Part shown: positions 37,611 to 50,224 of the stretch, piece by piece | Position numbering within the stretch: the stretch's first letter is position 1 | How the letters are laid out: each line of letters opens with the position of its first letter | Assembly (NCBI GenBank): GCA_020891255.1 | Contig: BQFW01000011.1 | Location: 434,001 to 498,000, forward strand | Direction: 5' to 3' | DNA: 64,000 nucleotides | DNA from: Entomortierella parvispora E1425 | Taxonomy: Eukaryota; Fungi; Mortierellomycota | Translations under genes and position numbers: made by a program | The notes under the pieces: generated by a model | Told to the model about the DNA's origin: nothing | The model's database searches: none | What the model saw: only the letters and a program-made list of their open reading frames with translations

Positions 37611-38811
37611 ATGGCTGTCACCACCCGCAACAGAACAACCACCGTACCTTCAACACCAGCCAAAAAAGCTTCCGCTGCTTCTAAGCGCGGGGCTAAGAAG
37701 GCTGCTCCTGTTGAGCCTCAGTCCGAGGAGGAAGAGGACAGCGATATGGAAGACGCCGAAGAGGAAGAGGACGAGGAGGAAGAGGACGAGGAAGACGAGG
37801 AAGATGATGATGAGGAGGAAGACGAAGATATCGAGGGAGAGGACTCTGCAGAGGAGGAGGAGGAGGAAGACCAGGCTGCCGAGGAGAGCGACGAGGACAG
37901 TTTCAAGATTCATGCCCCCAAGGCAAATCTCTTGCCCAAGATTGTCCCCGCAGTCCTCCCCACATACAACGATGAAGAAGACAGTGATAGTGATGCTGCA
38001 CCAGAGGCCGAGTCGCTGTCGAGTGCAAAGGCTAAAGTCTTGACTGCTCAGGATAAGGAGAAGCTGTTCCTGTCCAAGTAAGATGAACACTCTATACACC
38101 AGTGCGCACCCGACGATAATGGGGTTTCTTTACAATCCATTCCGAGCTCGATGTGTTCTTATTCTAATCCCGTTTTGCTTTGGAAATGCCAGGGTCCAAG
38201 CTGAACAAAAGGCCAAGCGCGTTGAAAAGGAACAAAAGTTGAAGGCACAAAAGGATCAGTCTAAAAAGAAGACGAAACCCCCTGTTGCTATCACAGAGGA
38301 GCCATCAGGATCATCACTCGGTTCCGAAGGTTCAAAGAAAAATAACCTTCCAACAATGTTGCCCCTGGATATCCTCGAGTCTGTCGCCAAAATGGATTCA
38401 TCGACCGTCAGCCATGGCAAAGGAGACAAGAAGAGAAAGATATCGCTCGAGGACTCTGCAATGTTGGACGTCGTTAACCAGTTACGCGAGGAGAACCAAA
38501 AGCGGAGGAAGGCTGAAAAGACTCAAAAGAATGTTGGGTAAGTCCTATCGTGTTAATTAGCTGCTAGACTACTCTGTGGAGGAAAAAAAAAGTGTTGTAC
38601 TAACGACCTGTTCTTGATATCGTTGCTCAGGCCTGTTACCGTCAAAGTTTTGGATCAGTCCAAGATGGCCAAGGGACATGCTGTACCCGAAACTATTATC
38701 GACTTTAGAAAGCAGCACTTTTTCGGATCAAAGATCCCTCGCAAGGATGCCGTCTTGAACGGATCTCAAGGAAAGCATGGAGCTGCCATGAAGTTCAACC
38801 GAAAAAAATAG
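37611..38811 (+). CDS. Acidic/basic nucleolar protein, likely U3 snoRNA-associated Bud21/Utp16 (NOL7-like)
   Basis: Long acidic tract, DSDSDAAPEAESLSSAK, LPLDILE, VGPVTVKVL and C-terminal FRKQHFFGSKIPRK; two introns. Confidence 0.6.
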
Positions 38812-38981
38812 ACATTGACATTTTGCATCTTAGTCATATTCCACTGCATCGATAAAAAAACATTGTACGATACACAATTTTAATAACTTTTTTTTCCAAT
38901 TGCCAGATTGACTGCCTCCTATCGAATCCCCTTTATCGCTCTCCTTCTACCCTCTAGAAAAATATACAATGGTGCGGGCTT

Positions 38982-41675
38982 TTACAAAAGGACCTCCTGC
39001 CAGAGTACCGAATCTGGATTCAGGGCTTTGAACAACTCCATGTCGAAGGTCTGACCTGGTTGACCATCTGTGTTGTCCTTCATAAGGCGTTGACACATCT
39101 TGTCAATAGCCACCACTGAGAGAACGGTCTGGATATAGGCGTCAATCATATCGTCGACACCCAATCCCAGCTGGTTGAAATCCTTGCGATCCATCAACAG
39201 CAATCTTGCGGCCTCTGTGCTCCATTCACCTGAGGGCGATTTCACTGAGAGGTTCGTTCCCAACATCTCCCATGACGTGATCGTGGGATCGTCCTCCAGG
39301 TGACGGAGAAGGGGCTTTCTGGCGCGACGGGCATAGATGCAAATTGGTCGGAATCCATCCTTATTGCCGGCAACCATCATTCTAAGATCGGTGACAAACG
39401 TGTTGTTCTTCTTGTTTGGAATGGTTCCGACGTGGTAGAACTTGCCGTGGCGAGTCATAGACGACCAAGACGCGTTTCCAACTAATGACTGGACAATGTA
39501 CTTGTCGTAGTGCTGAGGCGTATCCATAAACTCCTGAAGCTCTTGCTTGTTGGTAATGGTATATACTCCTTGGCCTAAAGCAAGAGCAAGTAAAATGGGT
39601 TAGATATGATGTATAATAATACTCTTGTGAACTCTTCACAGCTTGTTCATGATGCATTCATGTCATACCGGCATTGGAGTAAGGGACTTTGACGACTGCA
39701 TGGCCTCCCATACTGTCCAACCATAATGGGATCTCGTTTTTGGTCACGTTGTTGATAGTCTCTGGCACCCTGACGGACAGTCCTGAGTCAGCCAACTCTG
39801 CATTATAGAACTCGTACGCCTTGGCTGCCATCATCTTGTTGCGTCCTCCCGCCAAACAAGCCACCGTTTGGTTCATGACGATCGTCTTTGTGTACAAAGG
39901 GAAGCGGTTCCATGGCTTTTGAGTGACATATCTGAAGCAAGCTCTGATCGAATGCCATTCTGTCAGTTGTTCAAAGGAGTTTGGAGATGTGTTAGTCAAT
40001 CATCCTACTCGTTGTCGTCCCAATTGGTTCAATGCTGTACCTTTGTTTTCGTCGCGAATGTACATCACGCGGTCAACCCACTTGACAGGAGGGTCCAGAT
40101 CGTATTCGTAGAACTCTACCAGCCAGACCTTTTCCTTCATCACATCGGTCAACGTCGAGGCGTAGCCGCTGGCCTCCATCATGTTTTTATCGCAGACAAC
40201 AGCTAAGCCTCCGAGGGAATGATCCGCAGTCTCGATCATGTCCTTAAACGCTGATTCGAGGACAAGGCGATATCCTCCATGTTCCTATTGTCATATGAGA
40301 AGGCCAAAATTTCCATATGGTTAATTATATCTGGTAGACAGTTAACGGACTTGAGGCAGCCGTTATACAGCAAGTCAAATGCAACATACGTCCGATTCCG
40401 AGAGGAGTGGCATAGACTTTTGGCCTGAAGGACAAGAGTTTGTCTCCACAATAATCATTTGACGATGGCCAGATGCGGTCGTGACATTAAAAAGATCAGA
40501 GCCTGTGTTTGGTAAATGAAGAACGAAAGAAACCAGTGAGTACAACTTTCATCTTGAAGCATGAGGGTGTTGAGCTGGAGGAGGAGAGTCCCTTAACCCC
40601 TCGAATCTATAAAAGATAAAAGTAAAGTTTTGGGGGTTTCTCCCACAAATACAGCGCAGAAGAATCGACCGATAACTGAAAACCCCCGTGAGCAAATCGT
40701 TTTCTGGAGTTCTCGCACGCCTTCCCCCGATTTTTTTTTTTTTTGAGCATTGGTTGTCGATAACGCGTCTCCTTTCATTTTTTTTTCCTTTGGTCGTTTT
40801 GTTTGTTGTGCTCTCCCCTGTGCATGGGCAAACAACCTTTCTTCCCCCATTCGTACCACTCACAGACAGCCGGTTTGCCCAGTGCTCAACGATAGTCAAC
40901 CCTCTCCCCCCCTTCCCAGAGCCAAGTCAACATATTGATTTTTTTTAATCCTGGTTCTCCATTTCCCCCACATCCAGCTTTGAACGGAAACAAATGCAGT
41001 ATACTTGCCTGCCCATTGGAAATGTTTAGGGACGTAGTTTAGACACTTGCGGAGGGCTTGTTCATCGACCTGGGGGTTCAAATGCATGTATCTCGCAATA
41101 ATACGCTCGTTGCCCAACGAGAAGAAGTAGCTGACCATGGGATGGATCTGCGCATTCAATACACGGGGGTAGAAATGCTTTTCTGGCTCGAAATGATCCG
41201 TGGTGACCTGATGGCCGTCTGGGGCAGACTTTTTGGGCTTGGGCTCAAGATAGATGTCGCTGATCTTTTGGGCCGCCAAGGAGATGGCGGCCAGGTTGTT
41301 GGCCAGAGCTGTATCTTCATCTACGCTGCTACCACCATTGTTGAGGCTGCTGACACTGCTGCTGGACTTGTGGTTTTGGATGTAGCTGAGTCCCTTGGAG
41401 ATCTCATGGTCGTCCAGGACACTGGATGAGGAGTCATTCGAACCTCTGTCCTGGCGGGTTGTGCTCTCAAGGTACTGGTCCAACTTGGAGGCGATCGATC
41501 CAGCCATGGAGGAGAGCTCGCTCTTGGAGAAGGATCCCCCTGGGGTCAATGAACCACGCTTCTGCTGGGGAACAGGAATGCTTGTGGTGGCAGGAGGAGC
41601 ACTGGCAACTGTTGGTGCTTGGTCCAAGGGGCCGACAGTGGGGACAGGTTGAGCTGCATTGACGGTGTTCATCAT
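38982..41675 (-). CDS. Conserved uncharacterised protein with ATP-grasp-like motifs
   Basis: Spliced [12 protein letters not shown]...KHFYPRVLN...[14 protein letters not shown]...LAVVCDKN...[15 protein letters not shown]...IVQSLVG...DLRMMV...GTNLS; intron 1 is GC-AG (40503-41008). The CDS is well supported, the function is not. Confidence 0.65.
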
Positions 41676-42773
41676 CTTGGGTGGACTGGAGTGGGTCAGT
41701 CTTCTGGGCGTTGTGAAAGAAGGGAGGAGGGGAACAAGGGTGGCCTGAGGAAGGAAAACGAGTAGAACAAAAGAAAGGAGAAAAGAAAAAAGAAAAGAAA
41801 AGCCAGAAAAGATGAATGAGCAAGATGGAGAGGAATGGAGGAAAGGAGAATGGAACAAAGGTGCCCTTCCTGGCGTTTTGTTGCAAGTCAGCACGGTGAC
41901 GGCCATCCATCCGTCCATCCATCGATGCAAAAGGGCAAGACACGACAGGACAGACGACAACGGACCAGACCATCGCAGACACGTCCCAGCGATGCAATCC
42001 GGCAGGCGACTCAGCACACCTCTCCCCCGACTATTTGTCTATTTGTACGCTGCGGCCAATCACAGCGCGCACACGCGTCAGCAACCCGCGTCTGTGCCGC
42101 TGTGGCGACGGGCAGATGTGATTTGTTCGTTGAGGTTCGTTTTTGTTTGTTTTGTGCAGCAGCAGGCCTCTCCGTCTTTTTTTTTTTTTCTTTTTCTGTG
42201 CATGTTCATGTTCATGTACTCTCTGCTTGCTGTATGTCTATCTCTTGCTGCATGCATCCTGCTTTGTTCTCGATCTCTTGATTCTCAGCTTCCCAGCACG
42301 TTGCGGAACCGGCCTGCTGATGAGCGGGGATCAGACCAGGTATCTAAAGGATTGGGCCGGACTGGATCAGATCTGAGAGGCGAAAAAAAACTAGAGTCGC
42401 GAATAAAGCTTCCGAACTGAACATCATGGGGGATGCCTCCCCACAACCAAGAGAAGCGCAGCAACGACCAACGTAAACATTGCGATCAGAGTCCTCTCCA
42501 CGCAAATCCGACGTTCATAAAACGTGCAGGTTGCAAATCTGTGCGGGTATTTCTTGCCTGTCCAATCACAGGCTTTCTACCTTCTCCCACGTTCATTCAG
42601 CACGGTATTCCTTGTGTAGCCAAGCGTCATGCAGATTCAGGGCCAACAGCATGTGGGTGCACAACAGAGGCCTTTTTGCAAGGAAGAACTAATTCCGGTA
42701 TAATAATAGTGTTCGTATTTATTATTCTGTGCATAGTAAGGGGAGGCCGTAAGCACGCTTCAACCTCTTCATT

Positions 42774-43500
42774 CTATTCATCACCAAGTACCGGGTATGC
42801 CTTGTCTTTGATGCGCGAATAGAGCGCAATGTCCTCTTGGCAGTTGGGGCAAGAGTGTGCCACGTCTTTGAAAGATGAGATGCACAAAGGCAGGAGGCAA
42901 CAGCCGCAGGAGGTGATCCCGGCTAGAAGCAGACTTAAGATTCCTAAGTAAGTGCAAGAGCCTGTTCAATGGCAGGTGAGCGACAACGTGAACCTCGAGT
43001 AACGGTCAGAGGAGGAGGGGCAAGGACAGAGTCGAATAAATACCATTTTCAAGATATGTCTCTGTATACACCAGATGCCGACAATGCTGACAAACAACCA
43101 GTCCTGGCTTGGATTTGAGTTCCTCAACTTTGGTGGGTGGCCTTGTCAAGATCAACGGGGACACCATGAGACCTGAAGTAGTCACATTTCGAAGTACTTG
43201 GTGTTGCGGTTCGTTGTATTGATACCCTGGTTGGTGATGTTGCTGGAGTTGGCTCTGGTGAGCTTGTGGACTCTGGTACTGAAGCAATTGGTTCACATGC
43301 TGAACAGGAGGACGAAAAAGAGGTTCTGAAGGAGAGTCATGGCTCATAGGAGCATGATGAGGATGGACGAAGGATGGTGATGGTCTATCAGCGGAGGGAG
43401 AGTAAGGCGGCGGTTGTGTCGAGGGACTCGCATCATCGCTGTGGTTGTCGCGCTCAGGCACACGCGTGTACTTGCCATTCTTGCCGTCCCTCTTTGTCAT
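42774..43500 (-). CDS. LITAF-domain protein
   Basis: Pro/Gln-rich N-terminus, CQHC, hydrophobic LGILSLLLAGITSCGCCLLPLC, then HSCPNC; one intron with donor at 43043. Confidence 0.88.
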
Positions 43501-44210
43501 TGTTGGTGATACAGTGGAGAGGTAAATGCGGTCGAGGTTAGGCGAGAAGAGTAATGAGCTCAATCGAGGATCAAGGGATGGGATGAGAATGAGAACAGAT
43601 CAGACGACATTCCCATTCCCAACTGCAGAATCCCCCATGACCCAGGCTGATTCAACGGAGCTGACTTGCGCCGAGCCCCCTGTCTGTCCTTGAAGCACGC
43701 CCCTATGACCGCGTGGCGAATGGCCTTTTGCTATCGTTCCCGTAGTCCGTGTCGCCCTCACAGCCCCTGCATGATTCTGCTATTACGACGTCGCCCTAGG
43801 CTGTTTTCCAGCCAGAGTGCTATGCGTGCAAGTTGTTGGGTGGCATTCGTCCCGCGCTTCTTTTCTTTGCTCTGACAGATTTTTTCGATCTGGAGAACAA
43901 TTGTGGATATTCACAACCGTGAAACATCAAAGCGTCTTTGTTCATCCCGTCGCTGTTCTTCGCAGTGGGTCAGTTTCCCCGTTTGTCGTACCACCTCTTT
44001 TGTTCCGGGGTGGTATTCTCCATGCCCCCATGCCACTATTACAGTGAGTTGTGAGGCCCGGGAACACTAATAATACGAACAGGGCATGTCCTTCTCATTC
44101 ACAATCTTCTGTCCAACAGTCCTTTCACCCCCCCCCCCCCCCCATCATATTCTGTCTGGATACCTGCCCTCTGCTCCTGAACTCAACGTAACACTCCCTC
44201 CCTCTCCCCA

Positions 44211-44892
44211 TATGACCACCAAAACCAGATTTCCAACAAACGTGGATACAGCTTGTGGTCAAGCGAACGACGCGCAAGATGACGGAAGATAGCCATATCA
44301 AGCTCAGGGAGATCTGTTCGTTGGATGGACAAGATGTCGATCTCAAAAAAGATAAAGTAGCTGCCTCGAAAAATGTAAAAAGTACTATCGGCAGCCTCTG
44401 TCCTCAGGCTTCGCTTTCCAGTTCAAGAAATCGAGTTTGTGGAGGCAATCCTCCGACAAGCATACCAAAGGCCCTTCGACTGTCAAGAGAGCGGAGCAAG
44501 AATACAAGTCAAAAGCTAGAGACAACAGATCCTCTGACGAGAGCATCACAGATTCAGACGGCAGCGGTCTAGACGTTAAAGAGCGCAGCTACGCACACAA
44601 GCGATTTCGAACGACTTCTGCAAGAAGCAACCCTCGGGGACCAAGCAAGGCCAGAAGAAGCCCTGATGATCCAATCCAAAAAGGCATGGCTCTGGCGATT
44701 CCAACCGAGAGGGCAGCAGCTCTGATGATCCTGTTCAAGAAGACAGCAGCTCTTACGACTCCAAACAACGGGTTAGCCGCACTGGTGAACTTGCCGGACA
44801 GGTCAGAAGCTTTCGGTATGCCGGCAGGTACGTTGATTACGGTCAAGAGAGAACCGACAGCGACGGTCAAGAGAGTATCAAGAGGCTGGTAA
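44211..44892 (+). other. Overlapping orphan ORFs (basic, Ser-rich), possibly a degenerate gene
   Basis: Three overlapping plus-strand ORFs in different frames; recurrent TVKR motif; no recognisable domain. Confidence 0.2.
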
Positions 44893-45151
44893 ATATTGTG
44901 GGTTGCTGAAGAAAAGATCAGTGCGGGAATGAAAGGTGGAAGATTTTAGAAAGTAGTGAGACTAGCGGAAGGCGTAAAAGAGCATTAGAAAGGAGAGCAA
45001 AAGGCGATCATAGACGAGGTTAGGAAAGCTAGCGTAGGAGATGATAAGGCGTAAAAGAGCCTTAGGAAGACTGACGTAGAAAAGGAGTAAGCGTAGAAAA
45101 ACAAAGATGGTTTATTAAAGTCGTTCAAATGTGTGTTTTTTTACACACACC

Positions 45152-47406
45152 CTATTCGTCGGCATCCTCAACAACCGTCGTCCTCTTGCGAACAACTGGC
45201 TCATCTTCCTTGAACTCCTTGTCGCTCTCGCGATCCTCCTTTTCATCATCATCAGGCGTAGCCTCATCAGTCTTCTTGGCCTTGGCAGCCGCTACAACAC
45301 CACGAGCTCCAGCCTTGGGAGCGGCAGTCAAAAGTCCGACAATAATCAAAGCCAGTCCAAGCGTCACACCAACAACAGCAGCCAAAATAGCAGAGACCAT
45401 TGGGCGGCTATGGATCGCGTTCATGGGATCCTCACGGGCCAACTCGATAAACTCTCTCAAATGCTCCACCACAAAGCCGATGGGATCCTCCTTGAAGGCG
45501 GGGGGTCCATCTGTCTTGGGGGGAGGATTGGCAGCCTCTTCCTGCTTCTTCTCCGAGGCATACTTGATCTCCCAGCTCTCAGCGGCAAGAGACTGAGCAT
45601 CTGCAATAGAGTGTCCAATGTAAATGTTGTCAAAGAGGATATCCTTTTGCATGGTCCAGATCTCAAATCCAACAGCGCCAATACGCTCAAAGTTGGATGG
45701 GTGTTTGTCCTCGAAAAAGTCTGGGTTGGCGATCTTGCGGGGAGCCCAGATGCCCTTGTAAGCAGGGTTGTCGATGAGAGGAGCTGACCACTTGCCCTTG
45801 TAGGCAGGGTTTGAGATATAAGGGCGGACCCAGGGTCCACATCCATTGTTTTGACACTTGGGGTTGGGCACCGAAGCTGGGATCCAGTCACCATCCTCCT
45901 CGTCATCCCAATCATCAGGCTTGACAGCCTCAGGGTCGGGGATCTCTGAAGACTCGTCCTCCAGCCAGTCATCAGGCTGGGTAGCACTCTCGTCCAAGAT
46001 ACGGGGAGGTGCAGATTCGTCCCAGTCGGCAGGCTTGGAAGCCTTGGGATCAGAGATCTTGGCTTCCTCGACCCAGTCCGAGGGCTTTGAGTCGTTAGGG
46101 TCATCGATCTCCTTTGGAGGGTTGACGGGGGGCTGGAAGTTTTCGAGGAGAGATCCCGATGAAACGACTTCGTTGTTGATTTTGATCTCAAAGGTTTGGT
46201 CGGGCCTGTTTTGATTTGAAGGAAGCCTCTCGTTGGTAAAATGAACGTGCTGCTTTTTCAATGGCGGTATCAAATTAATTCACTTACTTGACAATCAAAG
46301 TATAGAGGTTGGTCAAGGCACTGAGCTTGGCCAAAGGTGCAGATTGGAGGTGCTTCTCCTCATAAACACCAGTGATGGGGTTCTTGTGGCGGAAGATGAA
46401 ATGCACCTTGTTGGTTCCGCCGCACTTGTCAGGTCCAAACATAATTGTCTGTAAGAGGATGAAAGAAAACATGGGTTAGATCCATCTTGCTATCTTGCTC
46501 ATTTTGCTTGGGTGGTGGCAAGAGATATAACCACAGACAGACAAAAAGACAAAAAGACAAAAAGCAAGCGACTTGGTTGTACTTACGTAGGGGGTCTCGT
46601 TAGAGAACTCCTTGAACTTGATACCTTCGGGGGACTCGGTCAACAACTTCATATAAGCACCACCGCACTCCAATCCACGCTGGGCCTTGACCTCATACCT
46701 ATTAAATTGCAATAAGTCAAAACGATAGGTTCAGTAACACAATATTGCAGATCCCAAGCTTTTGTGAGCATTCTGACAGAATCTAGAATTTCAAGACTTG
46801 TCAACAGATCGACGTACTGGACAACCAAGGTCTTGTCCCTGTTATCAATGACCTCAGGCAGAGATGCAGAGATGGCGTGGTGGGCAGCAGGGGACTTTGC
46901 GACAAGGCCCAAATCACCCTTCAATCCTGGATACACGGAAGGTTCCTCGACAGTCCACTCGCCTACATAGCTAAAGACCTCTCCATCGGCCGAAGTCTCC
47001 TTTGTGGCCTCACTGGCAGTCCAGCGATCCGACCAGTTTTGAGCAAACTGCTCCAGGAAAGGGGCCTTGATCGTAGTGGCCTAGAAAAGGTGGATGGTCC
47101 CTTCTGTTAGTGTTTTCTGATGTAGGCCAAGGGAAAAACACGGTAACAACAGCAACAAAGATATGAAAGATCCAGGTAGCCCGAGGTGGAGGGAGATATA
47201 AAGCAAGTGGGAAAGAAGAGAGGACGAAGCAGGGGGGAGCAGCTTACCTTGAACTCTGCGAGGTCGTCTTTGGAAGAAGTGTATTCGGCATCACCGGGCA
47301 TGTGGAATTCATGCTGGCCGTGGTCGTGACCGTCGTGAGCAGAGACGATGCTGACGGCGGAGGACAGGGCCAGGAGGGAAACCAGACCGAGGGAAATGCG
47401 TGTCAT
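45152..47406 (-). CDS. CNE1: Calnexin
   Basis: Signal peptide; [22 protein letters not shown]-domain repeats ([21 protein letters not shown]), [10 protein letters not shown], single TM helix and charged tail. Confidence 0.95.
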
Positions 47407-47788
47407 GATTGGGTGGTTGAATATGGGCGAGCGAGAGAAAGAGAGCTTTGGAGAAACGGAAAGGGGGCAAGAAAGACAGAGGGATGAGAAAGAAAAGGTG
47501 CAGATGCAAGGATGGGGATGGAAACAAAAAGAAACGAAGAATGCCAGAACATGGCGTTGACGTGGCAGGAAAGCAGGGGAGCGGATGCGCGCGTTTTCGA
47601 ATGAGTGACTGCTTCGCAGAGATCACATTTCCACACTTGCACACCTGCACACTGCAACACTGCACACTTGGTTGGTGGCAAATCGCCTTCCTTCTGTTCT
47701 CTCTCCCCTCTGACCTTCCTCCTCCTCTGTTCCTCTCTTCGTCTCACCTCTCCTTCTTCTCCCTCTGTCGCTCTTCCCTGTTGCCAGC

Positions 47789-49810
47789 ATGACCAGGGTC
47801 CACTCTTGTCCCGTCTGCCTTGAACCCTTCCACGGCGACTTGGCCGCATTCGAGAGTCATGTCAATGCCCACTTTGTCGGCGAAGACCTTCCAGAGTCTC
47901 GGCGCGACCCCACCCCGCCATCATTCACTCCACTCCGTCAGGAGACCAGGAGCAGTACCGGCACTCAGGATACAAATGCTTTTATGGTCCAGTGCGATGC
48001 AGAGGGATGTCATGAGCAGGGTAATGAATGAAACCGCGTTGCTCGACATTGCGGCATTGGTGGCGATTGTGTATTTTATGCGGTTGCATTGTAGCCTGAC
48101 CCGAACTACTTTAATTTCAGTGGATATCGAAAAAATGGCAGAACATATGGACAGACATTTGGCCGAGCTATTACAAGGTCAGGGTTCTTCCTTAGGAATG
48201 CCACCCCAAGGGAACAAGGTACGACCGTCAACGGCTTACTCACTTGTTAACAGGTCTGATCAGGAATCTAACCCTACACTCCTACTTCGTTATATCAGCG
48301 TCTTGTTGATGGAGCAGAAGCTGGCAGTACATTGCCCCAGAAAAAGTCACGCAGCATGTTACCCGAACTATCCGATCAAGCAACTCCATCCCTTTGGCAG
48401 CCCTTCAAAAAGTCAGGACAAACGACTATGGATGGATTCATGACTAAGGTCAAGGATAGAATTGCCAATCGATCACTCCTCAGTATACCCGACTCTTCAT
48501 CTTTGACCTTATCAGCGTCTCACTTGTCTCCGACCGTCGCTTCTAATCCGCAGCTCACATTTTTGGAAGATCCACTCACAAAACGGAAGCATGTGGGTGT
48601 CGAGGGCATGATTGAAAAAACAAGGATTCTTCTGGAACTGTCCAAGAGACAAGGATTCACAAATCGGGCTTATCTGGCCGACCCATCCGTTATGTTTTGT
48701 CAGAGCGACAAGACGGATCGTGGCTGGGGATGTGGCTATCGTAATATCCAGATGATGTTGTCCTATGTTACGGCTCAACAGCAAAAATTTCGACAACAAC
48801 AGGAGCAGGAATCCTGGGAATCATTCGGAACTACAACCCTTGCAGGGAGCACAGATGAGGATCGTAGCGATGGCCATAGTTTGGACGTGGAGATTCCTTC
48901 CATTCGGGATTTGCAGTGCCAAATTGAGTACGCTTGGTCCATGGGGTTCGACCCAGTAGGAGCTCGACAGCTCGCTCATAGAGTGGAGCGGACCGAAAAA
49001 TGGATCGGAACAACAGAAGCCTACTCTGTGTTTTGCTCGATGGGGATACGAAGTCATATCGTGGATTTTCATCGACCCACGGGACCGGACGGGACACACC
49101 CAGAGTTGTTCCGGGTTGTTTACGAGTACTTTCTGTCACCGGACTGGACATCTTTAGAAGAATCTATTGCGAATTCCTCGGCAAGTTCTGGGCGGTCACT
49201 GTCTTCGATTGTATTGCAACACGGGAATGAATTCGAAAGGGCAAGGGCCAAGGAAGACGGCACTAAGTGGAGTCGAATTGTTCAGACGAAGAAACCCCCG
49301 CTTTATATGCAGCACCAAGGACACTCTAGGACGATTGTCGGGATTGAAGTCTTGGATTCTGGAGAGTTGAATCTTTTGGTCTTTGATCCTGGCCGGTGGA
49401 TCCACAGGTCTATCCTTACTCTGCAGCCGACAGCACCAACTGTATCCTCGCAGCAACAGGAACAGGAGCAGCCCCTGAATCAAACAATGCAACCGCTTCA
49501 ACAGCCGAAACAACAAAAGGGCTATCGGAAGAATCAAAATCAAACCACGACTGCAAGTCTGGACTCGCAATATCTGTTGAAGGCATTTCGGCTGCAGCTT
49601 GGGGCAGGATATGTCAAATCTCAGTATCAACTCCTGGGGATCTCTGGCCTCTATCTCGACGACTCTAATATCAGTATCTTAAAGTCGAGTATAGGACCAC
49701 CAGTGCGTTTGCCTCTGATGTCGAGCTCGGCGGCCTTGTCTATAGGGTGGAATGATCAAGAGCGTGAACAAAGCAAGATGGTCGTCAGCACTCGTGTTCC
49801 CTCAATGTAA
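47789..49810 (+). CDS. ZUP1: ZUP1/ZUFSP-family deubiquitinase (peptidase C78) with N-terminal zinc fingers
   Basis: UBZ-like CPVC...HVNAH; catalytic DRGWGCGYRNIQM, QHQGHSRTIVG, LVFDP; WIGTTEA. Confidence 0.88.
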
Positions 49811-50224
49811 TACTTGTACTTTTATCTCATATTTGCTTTTTCGAATGTGTGTAGGGCGATTGGCTTTATTAAATCGAAGAAACAGCAAAAAACAATTGCA
49901 AAGCAAACAAATGTTAGTGGATGGGTATAGGGGAAAGGCATCCCTTTCCCCCGAACTTGCTCGTTCAAAAAAAAATGATGGTATGCTATACTATGCTTGT
50001 GTACAAAAGAACAGATAATGGAGGGTGTGGGTAGATGCTAAGTAATGTGGTGGAGTGAAGAGTTTTGTCTATGGATGGAATGGCGCTAGGTATTTTTTTT
50101 TTCTTTTTTTTTTGTTTTCATTTCCTATGGTCTTTTACGAGAGTAGAGTTTCTCTCTTTCTTTCACTCTCCAGATAGAGTGAGGATTGACAGGATGTATG
50201 TCCTGGATCCATTCGTCGAGTGTT

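Noticed and set aside
45129-45787. Plus-strand ORFs of 155 and 218 aa
   Set aside because: Antisense shadows of the calnexin CDS.
48940-48960. GGTTCGA tRNA T-loop-like motif
   Set aside because: It lies inside the ZUP1 CDS without cloverleaf stems. No tRNA, rRNA or CRISPR array was seen anywhere in the window.
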